This document shows positions 21,175 to 30,010 of a stretch of DNA of 64,000 nucleotides, in pieces (position 1 is the stretch's first letter; each line of letters starts with the position of its first letter). The DNA is from Candidatus Zixiibacteriota bacterium (GTDB taxonomy: Bacteria > Desulfobacterota > Binatia > UBA9968), in assembly GCA_035574315.1 (NCBI GenBank), contig DATLYW010000012.1, positions 209,741-273,740 of the forward strand, given 5' to 3'. The notes below the pieces were generated by a model that was not told the origin of the DNA, did not search any database, and saw nothing but the letters and a program-made list of their open reading frames with translations. Position numbers and translations under genes: made by a program.

Positions 21175-21954
21175 TCACGCCATGACGGCTCCGCCGTCCA
21201 CGTTGATCGCCTGGCCGGTGACCGCCGCTGCTTTCTCCGACGCCAGAAGCAACGCCAGCTGCGCGACTTCTTCGGGATCGATCAACCGGGCCTGCGGGGT
21301 GCTCGCGGCGAAGAGACGGAGAATCTCCTCGGGGGTCCGGCCGGTGCGCGCCGCCATCCGGGAGGCGTTCTCACGGGTCAGCTCGTCGTCGAGGTAGCCG
21401 GGGCAAACGGCGTTGACCGTGATGCCCAACCGCGCCGTCTCGAGAGCCAACGCCCGCGTCAGCCCCAACACGGCATGCTTCGAGCTCGCGTAGGCTGACA
21501 CGTGGGGATAGGCGATCTTCGCGGTGGTCGAGGCGATGTTGACGATCCTCCCCCACCTCGCTTCGAGCATTGCCGGCAGAAAGACCTTGCAGCAATTGTA
21601 AGTTCCGTTGACATTGACCTGGAAGGTGTGCTCCCACAGCGCATCGTCCATCTCGAGAAAGCTCGCTGCGCCCGCCACCCCCGCGTTGTTCACCAGGACC
21701 GCCACGGGGCCGAGCCGGTCTTCCAGGTTTTTCCGCAGCGCCTCGACCTCGGCCCGTCGGGTAATGTCGCACGCGAAGGCCGCGCTTTCCCCTCCCTCTG
21801 CCCGCGCGATATCCGCGCTCGCCCGCAGCCTTTCCGGATCGCGCGAGGTCAGCCCCAGCCGCGCGTTCGCCCGGGCAAAGGTTCGCACCAGGGCCCGGCC
21901 CAGCCCGCCGCCCGCTCCGGTGATCAGGACGACCTTCCCTCTGAGATCGATCAC
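21175..21954 (-). CDS. SDR family oxidoreductase
   Basis: GTG start 21954 with GGAGGAG RBS; TGAGGGLG, NNAG, YASSK, TGQAINVDGG. The ORF-track 1092-aa version is an artefactual extension. Confidence 0.93.
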   Translation of the reverse strand: MIDLRGKVVLITGAGGGLGRALVRTFARANARLGLTSRDPERLRASADIARAEGGESAAFACDITRRAEVEALRKNLEDRLGPVAVLVNNAGVAGAASFLEMDDALWEHTFQVNVNGTYNCCKVFLPAMLEARWGRIVNIASTTAKIAYPHVSAYASSKHAVLGLTRALALETARLGITVNAVCPGYLDDELTRENASRMAARTGRTPEEILRLFAASTPQARLIDPEEVAQLALLLASEKAAAVTGQAINVDGGAVMA

Positions 21955-22083
21955 GGCTCCTCCACCATAGCACAGGCCCCGCGGAATACCCATGGCCCGG
22001 CCCGTTCCACGGGCACGCCGCGTCTTGTCCTCCGCGGCGGTTTTGTATAAAGGAAACTCAGCCAGCAACAGGGGGGTTGAACC

Positions 22084-23169
22084 ATGAGGCGCCGGATTCC
22101 AGCCGTCGCCGCCGCGCTGGCGTTCGCCGCCGCGCCCGCTTTTTCGCCTGCCGACGATACCATCAAGGTCCTGTGGCGCGAGGCTCAACCGCCGGCGGAA
22201 GAAAACGAGCTCGACCCGCTCAGCCGTGCCTACATGCGGCTCGCAAGCTCGGCGCGCCCCGCGGTCGTGCAGGTGCGCGTCCTCCTCGAACCTTCCGGCA
22301 AATCCCCGTCGGCGGATTCCCGCACGGGGAGCCGCGGGTCGGGATTCATCATCAACGCGGCAGGTTATATTCTGACCGCCCAGCACGTCGTCGACCGCGC
22401 GAAAGAGATCGAGGTGCGGCTCCCCGACATGCAGCGACTCCCCGCACGCGTGGTGGCCGCCGACGCCAACGTCGACCTGGCCTTGCTGAAGATCGAAAGC
22501 GAGCGTGAGCTGCCGGTGCTGGCGCTCGGCGATTCCGACGAGATTCGAGTCGGGCAGCTGGTCGTGGTTTTCGGATATCCTTTCGGCCGCGAGAGCTCGA
22601 TGAGCCTCGGTATCGTGAGCCGGGCGGGGCGCACCTATCCGGATTCGGCAAGCTACGAGCTCATCCAGACGGACGCGGGCGCGTATGCGGGAGGCAGCGG
22701 GGGGCCGCTGCTGAACAGCCGCGGCCACGTCGTCGGCATGATCACGATGGCGTCGGAGCGAGGCAACATGGGCTTTGCCTTGCCGATCAACGTCGTCAAG
22801 CGCGTCCTCCCTCGGCTGCTCAACGGCGAGAAGCTCGTCTGGGGCTGGCTCGGTCTGCAGATGACCGAGGTCCCCCTGAGTCAGGCCAAGACGCTCGGCC
22901 TTTCGCGTGTGAAAGGGGTGCTGGTGAGCTCGGTCCTGCCGGGGCAGGCGGCGGAACGGGGAGGCCTTCTTTCCAGGGACGTCATTCTCGCGGTCAACGG
23001 CCTGCAGGTGGACAGCCCCCGCGACGTCCATCGCCTGATCCGGGGGCTGGAGGCAGGCCGGGAAGTAAGGCTCACGGTCTTGCGGAACGGCGAGACCCTG
23101 CACCTTTCGGTGCCCCTGGGACCGAAGCCCGCCGCGCCCGCGAACGAGGGCAACGCCGGGCTGGACTAG
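22084..23169 (+). CDS. HtrA/DegP-like S1C serine protease with one PDZ domain
   Basis: Signal peptide, GSGFII, TAQHVV (His), DLALLKI (Asp), GGSGGPLLN (Ser), C-terminal PDZ. Confidence 0.88.
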   Translation: MRRRIPAVAAALAFAAAPAFSPADDTIKVLWREAQPPAEENELDPLSRAYMRLASSARPAVVQVRVLLEPSGKSPSADSRTGSRGSGFIINAAGYILTAQHVVDRAKEIEVRLPDMQRLPARVVAADANVDLALLKIESERELPVLALGDSDEIRVGQLVVVFGYPFGRESSMSLGIVSRAGRTYPDSASYELIQTDAGAYAGGSGGPLLNSRGHVVGMITMASERGNMGFALPINVVKRVLPRLLNGEKLVWGWLGLQMTEVPLSQAKTLGLSRVKGVLVSSVLPGQAAERGGLLSRDVILAVNGLQVDSPRDVHRLIRGLEAGREVRLTVLRNGETLHLSVPLGPKPAAPANEGNAGLD

Positions 23170-25616
23170 CGCTGGTCCCCGTCCTCCGCCGTCGCCCCAG
23201 CCGGACTGAGCTTGCGCAGCTGCTCGGCGTAGCGCTGGAGCTTTTTTTCCACCCTCCCGTTGACGGAATCTTCCGGATAGCGACCGTCCGGGCCCCGCCG
23301 GCCGGCCTCCACCCCGGTCAGCACCTCGATTCCCTCGTCCACGGTGGCGACGGCATAGATGTGGAACCTGCCAGCTCCCACGGCCTCGACGACGTCGGGC
23401 CGCAGCATGAGGTTGCGCAAGTTCGCGCGCGGCATCAGCACTCCTTGCGTTCCGGTAAGGCCTTTGATGCGGCAGACGTCGTAGAAGCCCTCGATCTTTC
23501 GGTTGATCCCGCCGATCGCCTGAATCTCGCCGTTCTGATTGACGGACCCGGTGACCGCGATGCCCTGGCGGATCGGCAGCTCGGCAAGGCTGGAGAGAAT
23601 CCCGTACAGCTCGGTGGAGGATGCGCTGTCGCCGTCGACGCCGTCGTAGGACTGCTCGAAGCAGATGCTGGCCGAGAGCGAGAGCGGCCGGTCCTGCGCG
23701 TACCTGCTTCCGAGATAGCCGCCGAGGATCAGTACCCCCTTGTCGTGCGTCTTGCCGCTCAGCTTCGACTCCCGCTCGATGTTGACGATTCCGTCCCGCC
23801 CCATGAACGTCTTCACCGTGATGCGCGACGGCTTGCCGAAGCTGAAATCGCCCATCTGGTAGATCGCGAGGCCGTTGACCTGCCCCACGGCCGCGCCGTC
23901 GACGTCGACGAGCAGCGTGCCTTCGGCGATCAGCTCCTGCAATCGCGTTTCGACCAGGTTTAAACGAAACGTCTTTTCCGCGACTGCACGCTCGACATGC
24001 GAGGCGGAAACCAGCTCCGCGCCCTCCCTGCGGGCCCAGTAGTCGGCCTCGACGAGCAGGTCCGCGATCTCGCTGAAGCGCGTGGAAAGCTTGTACTGGT
24101 CCTCGACCACCCGGGCGCAGTGCTCGATCACCCGGGCGACGCCGCCGCTGTCCAGATGGCGGAGCTTCTCGCGCGTGCAGTAATCGCTGATGAAGCAGGC
24201 GAACGCGACGATGTTTTCCTGCGAGCGGTCGATCCGGTAGTCGAAATCCGCCTTGACCTTGAAAGTTTCGCGGAAATCCGGATCGAGCGTCGCCAGAGTC
24301 CGATAGAGCGCCGGATCGCCGATCATGATCACCTTCGTGTCGGTCGGGATCGGCTCGGGCCGCAGCCCCTGCGGCGGCGCCCAGCCGAAGAAGGTCGCCG
24401 GCTCCTCGACCCGCAGCTCGCGGTTCTTGATCACCCGCTGCAGCGCCTCCCACACACCCGCGTTCGACAGCACGTCACGGTCGTAGAGCACGAGGTAGCC
24501 CCCGTTGGCCCGGCTGATCGAGCCCGCCTTGATCAGGGTGAAATCGGTGACGTACCCGCCGACGATCGGCTTCTTTTCGACGACCCCGAAGACGTTGTGA
24601 TAAGTCGGATTGGTTTCCACGATAATCGGCGGTCCCTGCGTCTCGCTGTTGTCGACGAAGACGTTGACGCGGTACGGCAGAAACGGATCGGCCGCCGCCT
24701 CGCCGAATCGCGGCCCGGGCGCGGTCGACGGCGCCGGCGGTTCGGTCCCCTTGAAGCGGCCGAGGTTTCCGAGAATGTGGTCGCGGACCGCTTCGAGATA
24801 GCTCAGCACTCTCGGGTGATCGCGGTATTTCTCGCGCAGCTCGGCCAGCGGCAGGCGCACCAGGTACTGCCCGGCCTCGCTCTCGAGCGCGTTCAGCTTC
24901 TCGGCGATTTGCCGTTCCAGCTTCTTCCCTTCACGCAGCGTCGCCTCGACCTTCTCCTCGATCTCGCGCCGCTTCTCCTCGAGCGCCTTTCTCTCGGCCG
25001 CGGAGAGCGCCAGATACTCCGACTCCTGCATGGGCTTGCCGTTGCGGGTCGCCAGCAGCACCATTCCCGAAGGGGTCATCCGAAGGGCGAAGTCGTGGCG
25101 GCGCGCTTCCTCGACCAGCGCGGCCATCATCTCCTGCTGCTTGTTCTGGATCTCCTCGACCATCGCCTGGCGCTGCTCGGCGAATTCTTCGCTCTCGAAA
25201 GTCTTCTTGGCCTCCCGTTTGAGGTGCTCCACGAGCTGCTCCATGTCGGCCTTGAGCCTCTTGCCCCAGCCCGCGCGAACCCTGAGCACCTGCGGCCGGT
25301 CGGGATCGGCGAAATTGTAGACGTAGCACCAGTCGTCCGGCGTGGCGGCGTCCTGGCCGGGAGCGGCCCTTTCGGAAGTGACCTTCCTGAGGAACGCCTT
25401 GATGATGCTGGTCTTTCCGGTTCCCGTGAGCCCGGTGACGAAGATATTGAAGCCCGGCTTGTTGACACCCAGGCCGAACTCGATCGCGCGCATCGCGCGG
25501 TCCTGCCCGATGAAGTCCTCCAGCGGATTCATGTCCGCGGTGCAGCTGAAAGGCAGGAACGAGAGATCGCACCGCCAGCTCAACCGATCCGCCGACACCT
25601 CGAACGCGTTGGCCAT
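23166..25616 (-). CDS. Lon-like protease, LonC/LonB (AAA_32) type
   Basis: FIGQDRAMRAIEFG, GLTGTGKT, coiled-coil insert, Lon protease dyad DGDSAS and GGINRKIEGF. Confidence 0.9.
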   Translation of the reverse strand: MANAFEVSADRLSWRCDLSFLPFSCTADMNPLEDFIGQDRAMRAIEFGLGVNKPGFNIFVTGLTGTGKTSIIKAFLRKVTSERAAPGQDAATPDDWCYVYNFADPDRPQVLRVRAGWGKRLKADMEQLVEHLKREAKKTFESEEFAEQRQAMVEEIQNKQQEMMAALVEEARRHDFALRMTPSGMVLLATRNGKPMQESEYLALSAAERKALEEKRREIEEKVEATLREGKKLERQIAEKLNALESEAGQYLVRLPLAELREKYRDHPRVLSYLEAVRDHILGNLGRFKGTEPPAPSTAPGPRFGEAAADPFLPYRVNVFVDNSETQGPPIIVETNPTYHNVFGVVEKKPIVGGYVTDFTLIKAGSISRANGGYLVLYDRDVLSNAGVWEALQRVIKNRELRVEEPATFFGWAPPQGLRPEPIPTDTKVIMIGDPALYRTLATLDPDFRETFKVKADFDYRIDRSQENIVAFACFISDYCTREKLRHLDSGGVARVIEHCARVVEDQYKLSTRFSEIADLLVEADYWARREGAELVSASHVERAVAEKTFRLNLVETRLQELIAEGTLLVDVDGAAVGQVNGLAIYQMGDFSFGKPSRITVKTFMGRDGIVNIERESKLSGKTHDKGVLILGGYLGSRYAQDRPLSLSASICFEQSYDGVDGDSASSTELYGILSSLAELPIRQGIAVTGSVNQNGEIQAIGGINRKIEGFYDVCRIKGLTGTQGVLMPRANLRNLMLRPDVVEAVGAGRFHIYAVATVDEGIEVLTGVEAGRRGPDGRYPEDSVNGRVEKKLQRYAEQLRKLSPAGATAEDGDQR

Positions 25617-25683
25617 CGAAAACCTCCCGGTTTTCGACAGAGGATAGGCGCTCGGCGGGCGAGCGTCAAACTGCCCGGCGGTA

Positions 25684-25713
25684 TTGAAACGGCGGGCGTG
25701 CGATCCCTATAAT
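25684..25713 (+). promoter_or_regulatory. Sigma70-type promoter, possibly leaderless transcript
   Basis: TTGAAA (25684-25689), N18, TATAAT (25708-25713); ATG at 25720 with no SD in between. Confidence 0.6.
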
Positions 25714-25719
25714 TCGCTG

Positions 25720-27147
25720 ATGCCCCCCCCACTCGGCAGACGCCCCCCGTGGATCAGGCGCTGGGCCTCCGCGCTCGCCGTCGTCCTCTCGTTCGCGAGC
25801 TGTGCTCCCTATCGCGCACCGGCGCCGGCGATCCCAGGCATCACGCCCCCTGCGGAGGACGAAGATGTCCGCATCAGCCGCGAGTTCCGGCGTGAAGCAA
25901 GAAAGCACCTGCGGCTGGTCAACGACCCCGAGGTCGAGCGGTATATCGATGACGTCGGCCGCCGCATTCTCGCCGCCATGGGGCCCCAGCCGTTCGAGTA
26001 CAGATTTTTCGTCGTCGACGAAGCCCAGCTCAACGCTTTCGCGGTTCCTGGGGGCTCGATCTATTTCTACGCCGGGCTGATCGAGAGAGCGAAAAGCACC
26101 TCCGAGATCGCGGGCGTCATGGGACACGAGATCGTCCACGTCAAGGGGCGCCACATGGCGCGGTCCGCCGGTCCCGACGCCGTTTCGCTTTTGAGTCTTC
26201 TCGGGATGATCCTGCTCGCCCGCAGTGGCGGCGCGGCGGCGCAAGCGGCCGGCGCCGTGGGCCAGGCGATCTCCGCGACCCGGCAGATCGCCTACGGTCG
26301 GCAGCTCGAAATGGAAGCCGACACGCTCGGCGCGCGCTACATGGCCGCCGCCGGCTTCGACCCCGAGGGCGCGCTGGGTTTCCTCAAGACGCTCGACCAG
26401 GAGCGCGCGCTCAGCCCCATCGACGTCCCGAGCTACATGCTGACGCACCCGGTCACTCAGGAGCGCCTTGCCAACATCGAGCTGGTCATTCGCTCGCTCG
26501 GGGATACCCGGCCGAAGGCTCCGGACCCCGATCCGTTGAAGAAAATCCAGCTGATTCTCCGGATGGAGCGGGATGCCGACAAGGCGCTGGCGGAGCAGGA
26601 GAAGCAGGTTCGCGAAAACCCCAGGAGCGCCTCCGCCCTCCATTTGCTCGGCTTTGCCTACTTTTTGAAAGGGAATATGGCCGCGGCGCGGGAAAACTAT
26701 GAGAAGGCGCAGCGACTCGAGCCCGGCAATCCCGCCCTGGAAAGGGATCTGGGGCGCCTGTATACCCGGATCGGGGACTACGCCGCCGCCCGGGCTGCGT
26801 TCGACCGGGCGATCGCCGCCGAACCGAAAAACGCGCTTACCTACCTCTTTCTTGGGGAGCTTTACGAGAAGGAAAACGACCTGAGAAATGCGGCGGGCGC
26901 CTATCTGAACGCGTCTAACCTCGCCCCTCTGTGGGAGAAGCCGCCGCAGCGTCTGAGCGCGGTCTACGGGAAGCTCGACCGGCTCGGCGACGCCTACTAT
27001 TACCTCGGCCGCTCCTACGCGCTTCAGGACGAGGACGAGCTCGCGATCGCCAACTTCGAAAAAGCCGTCAAGGCGCTGGGCGGGCAGTCTCCCCGCGCCC
27101 AGCTGATCCGCGACGAGCTCCAGCGCCTCAGAACGCGCAAACGGTGA
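25720..27147 (+). CDS. M48 family zinc metalloprotease with TPR repeats (BepA/YfgC-like)
   Basis: Lipoprotein-like signal (LSFASC), LNAFAVPGG, HEIVH, E.EAD, THP, C-terminal TPRs. Confidence 0.9.
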   Translation: MPPPLGRRPPWIRRWASALAVVLSFASCAPYRAPAPAIPGITPPAEDEDVRISREFRREARKHLRLVNDPEVERYIDDVGRRILAAMGPQPFEYRFFVVDEAQLNAFAVPGGSIYFYAGLIERAKSTSEIAGVMGHEIVHVKGRHMARSAGPDAVSLLSLLGMILLARSGGAAAQAAGAVGQAISATRQIAYGRQLEMEADTLGARYMAAAGFDPEGALGFLKTLDQERALSPIDVPSYMLTHPVTQERLANIELVIRSLGDTRPKAPDPDPLKKIQLILRMERDADKALAEQEKQVRENPRSASALHLLGFAYFLKGNMAAARENYEKAQRLEPGNPALERDLGRLYTRIGDYAAARAAFDRAIAAEPKNALTYLFLGELYEKENDLRNAAGAYLNASNLAPLWEKPPQRLSAVYGKLDRLGDAYYYLGRSYALQDEDELAIANFEKAVKALGGQSPRAQLIRDELQRLRTRKR

Positions 27148-27522
27148 TCAGTCCTGGTTCTGCGTGCCCGGAAAAGGATAGACCTTGCCTGCGGCGGAAC
27201 GGCTGTACTTTTCTTCCCGCCTGAGCAGGACCTCGCGCAGATAATCGGGGTCGAACCCCAGCAGATCGCAGATGTTGGTGAACGAAAAGAGCCAATCGGT
27301 GCCCCGATCCTCGATCCACTCCAAGGCATTCTGGTACTGAATCCGGCCGGAGCTGCTCCGAGCGCCGCGATACTTGTCGAGGCACTCCACCGCGTCCTTC
27401 AGAATAGCGATCATCAACCGCTTTTCGCCTTCGAGCTTTCGGGAAAGACCGCTGGTGCCGTAGAACTGCGAGGGGAGAAAAACGTCGGGCTCGAGAATCC
27501 TTGCGAGGAAATCGTCGTACAT
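27148..27522 (-). CDS. Uncharacterised helical protein (paralogue A)
   Basis: AGGAGA RBS; motif EKRLMIAILKDAVECL...WI.D...FSFTNICDLLG.DPDYLR shared with 32408..32845. Confidence 0.8.
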   Translation of the reverse strand: MYDDFLARILEPDVFLPSQFYGTSGLSRKLEGEKRLMIAILKDAVECLDKYRGARSSSGRIQYQNALEWIEDRGTDWLFSFTNICDLLGFDPDYLREVLLRREEKYSRSAAGKVYPFPGTQNQD

Positions 27523-27682
27523 CTGAAGAGTTTCTCCTGGCTAAAGTTGAATCGTCATAAATAGCACGGACCGGCTCCGAATGCAACCGAAAAATCGCAC
27601 GATACGGAAATTTGCGAACGGCGCGGAAAGCGCCCTTCGAAAGGCCGCGCGGCCCGCTTCGGCAGGCACGCCGCGTCGCCCG

Positions 27683-28393
27683 TCAGATGTTTTCCATCAA
27701 ACCGGCCAGGCGGGTCTTGGCGACGTTATGGTCCCAGATCTTCTGCACGACCGCATCCCTGCGTCGCCCTTTCATCACTCTCCGGGTCTCGTCGTCGGTG
27801 TAAACGCGCACTGCCCCGAGAAGCGACGCTTTGTAGAAGCGGGCGGCGGCCTCTTCGAGATCAATGCATGCCGCAAACGTCCATTCGATCGACTGTCCCA
27901 CGACCATCGACCCGTGGCCCCTGAGGATCACCGCGTCCCGGTCGCCGAGAGCCCGGGCCACCGCGTCGCCCTGCTCGATTGTATGGATCAACGCAGGGTC
28001 CATGTAGAGCGGCATCGGCCCCGGCCCGAAAAACGCCCCCGGATTGGAAGAGGCGGGAAAGAAGGGCCTGTCCACCATGCTGAGCACCGCCACCATGTGG
28101 TTGTGCAGGTGGGCGATGCTGCGGACGTCGGGGCGTGCCTTGTAGCCGCGCGCGTGCATGTAAACCTCGGACGGCGCCCTGTACTTCCCTTCCACCAGAT
28201 TGCCCTCGAAATCGGCGACGACCATGTCGTCGGCGCGGACCGTCGCCCGGCTCACGGGATGAGGCAGAATGAGAAAATGCTCGGTGCCCGGAATCCGGGC
28301 GCTGATGTGACCGCTGTAATCGACGAGGCCCGCATTGAAAAGCATCCGCGACGACATGGCCAGCTTGATTCTGAGATCCGATAACTCCGACAC
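27683..28393 (-). CDS. Class II aldolase/adducin family protein
   Basis: GTG start 28393 with GAGGAG; SGHISAR, SEVYMH, HLH, LRGHG. Confidence 0.88.
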   Translation of the reverse strand: MSELSDLRIKLAMSSRMLFNAGLVDYSGHISARIPGTEHFLILPHPVSRATVRADDMVVADFEGNLVEGKYRAPSEVYMHARGYKARPDVRSIAHLHNHMVAVLSMVDRPFFPASSNPGAFFGPGPMPLYMDPALIHTIEQGDAVARALGDRDAVILRGHGSMVVGQSIEWTFAACIDLEEAAARFYKASLLGAVRVYTDDETRRVMKGRRRDAVVQKIWDHNVAKTRLAGLMENI

Positions 28394-28486
28394 GGCCTCT
28401 TTCCTCCTCGACCTTTGATCCGCACATATAGCCGCCGGCGCCCGCAGGCGCAACCACTGAAGCGCACGCCGCCCGCGGACAACCGG

Positions 28487-29929
28487 TCAGCGCATTCGAA
28501 AAGACGGCGGGACGACCTCGTCGATGCCCTTGCCGGTCCAGTGCCACTTGGGAAGGCTCGCCCAGACCTGCTCCCCCCTGGTCTGGACTTTCTCGAGCAG
28601 CTCTTCTTCGTCGAGGCGCAGATAGCGTCCGCCGTCGACCAGCGTCTCCCCGTCGACGATGACCGTACGAACGTCCCGGCTCACGGCGGTTTCGACCAGC
28701 GACCGGATCGGGTCGCGCACCGCGCCGAAAGCGATGTCCTTGAGGTTCACGATGACGATATCCGCTTTGGCGCCCTTTTCGAGCCGCCCCAGGTCGTCCC
28801 GCCCGAGCATTCGGGCGCCGCCCAGGGTGGCGGCGTTGAAGACGTCGCGCGGATGGCCCGCCAGAAAGCTTTTGTCCGCCACCCGCGACGCCAGCGCGGC
28901 GTAGCGCATGTCGGAGAGGATGTCCTTCGGGAAGGTGTCGGTGCCGATGCCGAGGTTGATCCCGGCCTGGCGATAGCGGTCGAAGGACTCCATTACGACG
29001 CCGAGCTTCAGATACTTGAGCGGACTGTACGCGACCGAAGCGCCCGAGTCGGCGATGATCTTGAGATCGTCGCCGAACGGATAGGAAAGCCAGCTGTGGC
29101 CGCTGACGAAGATGCAGTGCGACAGCGACACCTCGGGGTCGAGAAAGCCGATGCGATGCAGCAGCTCGATCGGCGTGCAGCGCTCGCGCCGGAGCACGGT
29201 ATGGAACTCGAAGAGGTTGATCGTAGCGTGAATCTGCACGCGCACGCCGAGGTCCCTCGCCAACCGCCGCGTCCGCTGGAGAAGCTCCGGCGTGCACGAA
29301 TCGACGTGCCCCGGGAACAGCATCGCGTTCAGGCGGCCGCCGCAGGCGCCGTTGAATTTCTTGGCGAACCCGACCGCCCGCTCCAGGCCCTCGCTGCCGC
29401 GCGCTTCGTCCCAGTCGTACTCCAGTCGCCCGGCCGAGTCGTGAAAGAAGCTGACGTTCTTGTAGCTCGGCCCGGTATAGCAACGGATGCCGACCTGATC
29501 GACCATGTCGACGTACGCCTGCGGCTCGGTTCCCGGCCCGCCGATCTCGAAGGTGGTCGTTACCCCGCTCTTCAGCACGTGGATGAGCGAAAACCGCTGG
29601 CCGACGTCGACGTCCTTCAGGTGAGCGTGCCGGGCCCCCTCGCGCGTCGGCGCGCCGTGCGCGAGGTAGTTGGCGGCGAAGAAGTCGCGCTTCGTCGAGT
29701 CGTTGAGAATGTAATCGCTTGCGTTGATGCCGGAATGGAAGTGCGTGTCGATGAACCCCGGGCAGACCAGGCATCCTCGGGCGTCGATGAGCTTGTCGGG
29801 TTTGCCGGGATACTCCTTGCCGACGAACTCGATCCGGTCACGCTCGAAGACGACGACCCCATCCCTGAGGATCTCGTGCTCGCGGCCGTCGAATCCGACC
29901 ACGTACCCGCCCTGGATCAGCGTTTTCAT
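28487..29929 (-). CDS. Amidohydrolase family protein (AtzA/MtaD-like)
   Basis: PGFIDTHFH, QIH, LSHCI, GIGTD, GRLEKGAKADIV. Confidence 0.9.
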   Translation of the reverse strand: MKTLIQGGYVVGFDGREHEILRDGVVVFERDRIEFVGKEYPGKPDKLIDARGCLVCPGFIDTHFHSGINASDYILNDSTKRDFFAANYLAHGAPTREGARHAHLKDVDVGQRFSLIHVLKSGVTTTFEIGGPGTEPQAYVDMVDQVGIRCYTGPSYKNVSFFHDSAGRLEYDWDEARGSEGLERAVGFAKKFNGACGGRLNAMLFPGHVDSCTPELLQRTRRLARDLGVRVQIHATINLFEFHTVLRRERCTPIELLHRIGFLDPEVSLSHCIFVSGHSWLSYPFGDDLKIIADSGASVAYSPLKYLKLGVVMESFDRYRQAGINLGIGTDTFPKDILSDMRYAALASRVADKSFLAGHPRDVFNAATLGGARMLGRDDLGRLEKGAKADIVIVNLKDIAFGAVRDPIRSLVETAVSRDVRTVIVDGETLVDGGRYLRLDEEELLEKVQTRGEQVWASLPKWHWTGKGIDEVVPPSFRMR

Positions 29930-30010
29930 GAGGTGCCTCTCAAGGAATCCCCGCCCGGCCGGGTCGGTACCGATCCGGTCCGAGCAACATGCCGCCGGAC
30001 GGCCGCCGCG

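Noticed and set aside
21955-24453. 1092-aa ORF suggesting a giant SDR fusion
   Set aside because: The SDR has its own GGAGGAG RBS and GTG at 21954. The extension overlaps htrA (antisense) and lonC (another frame).
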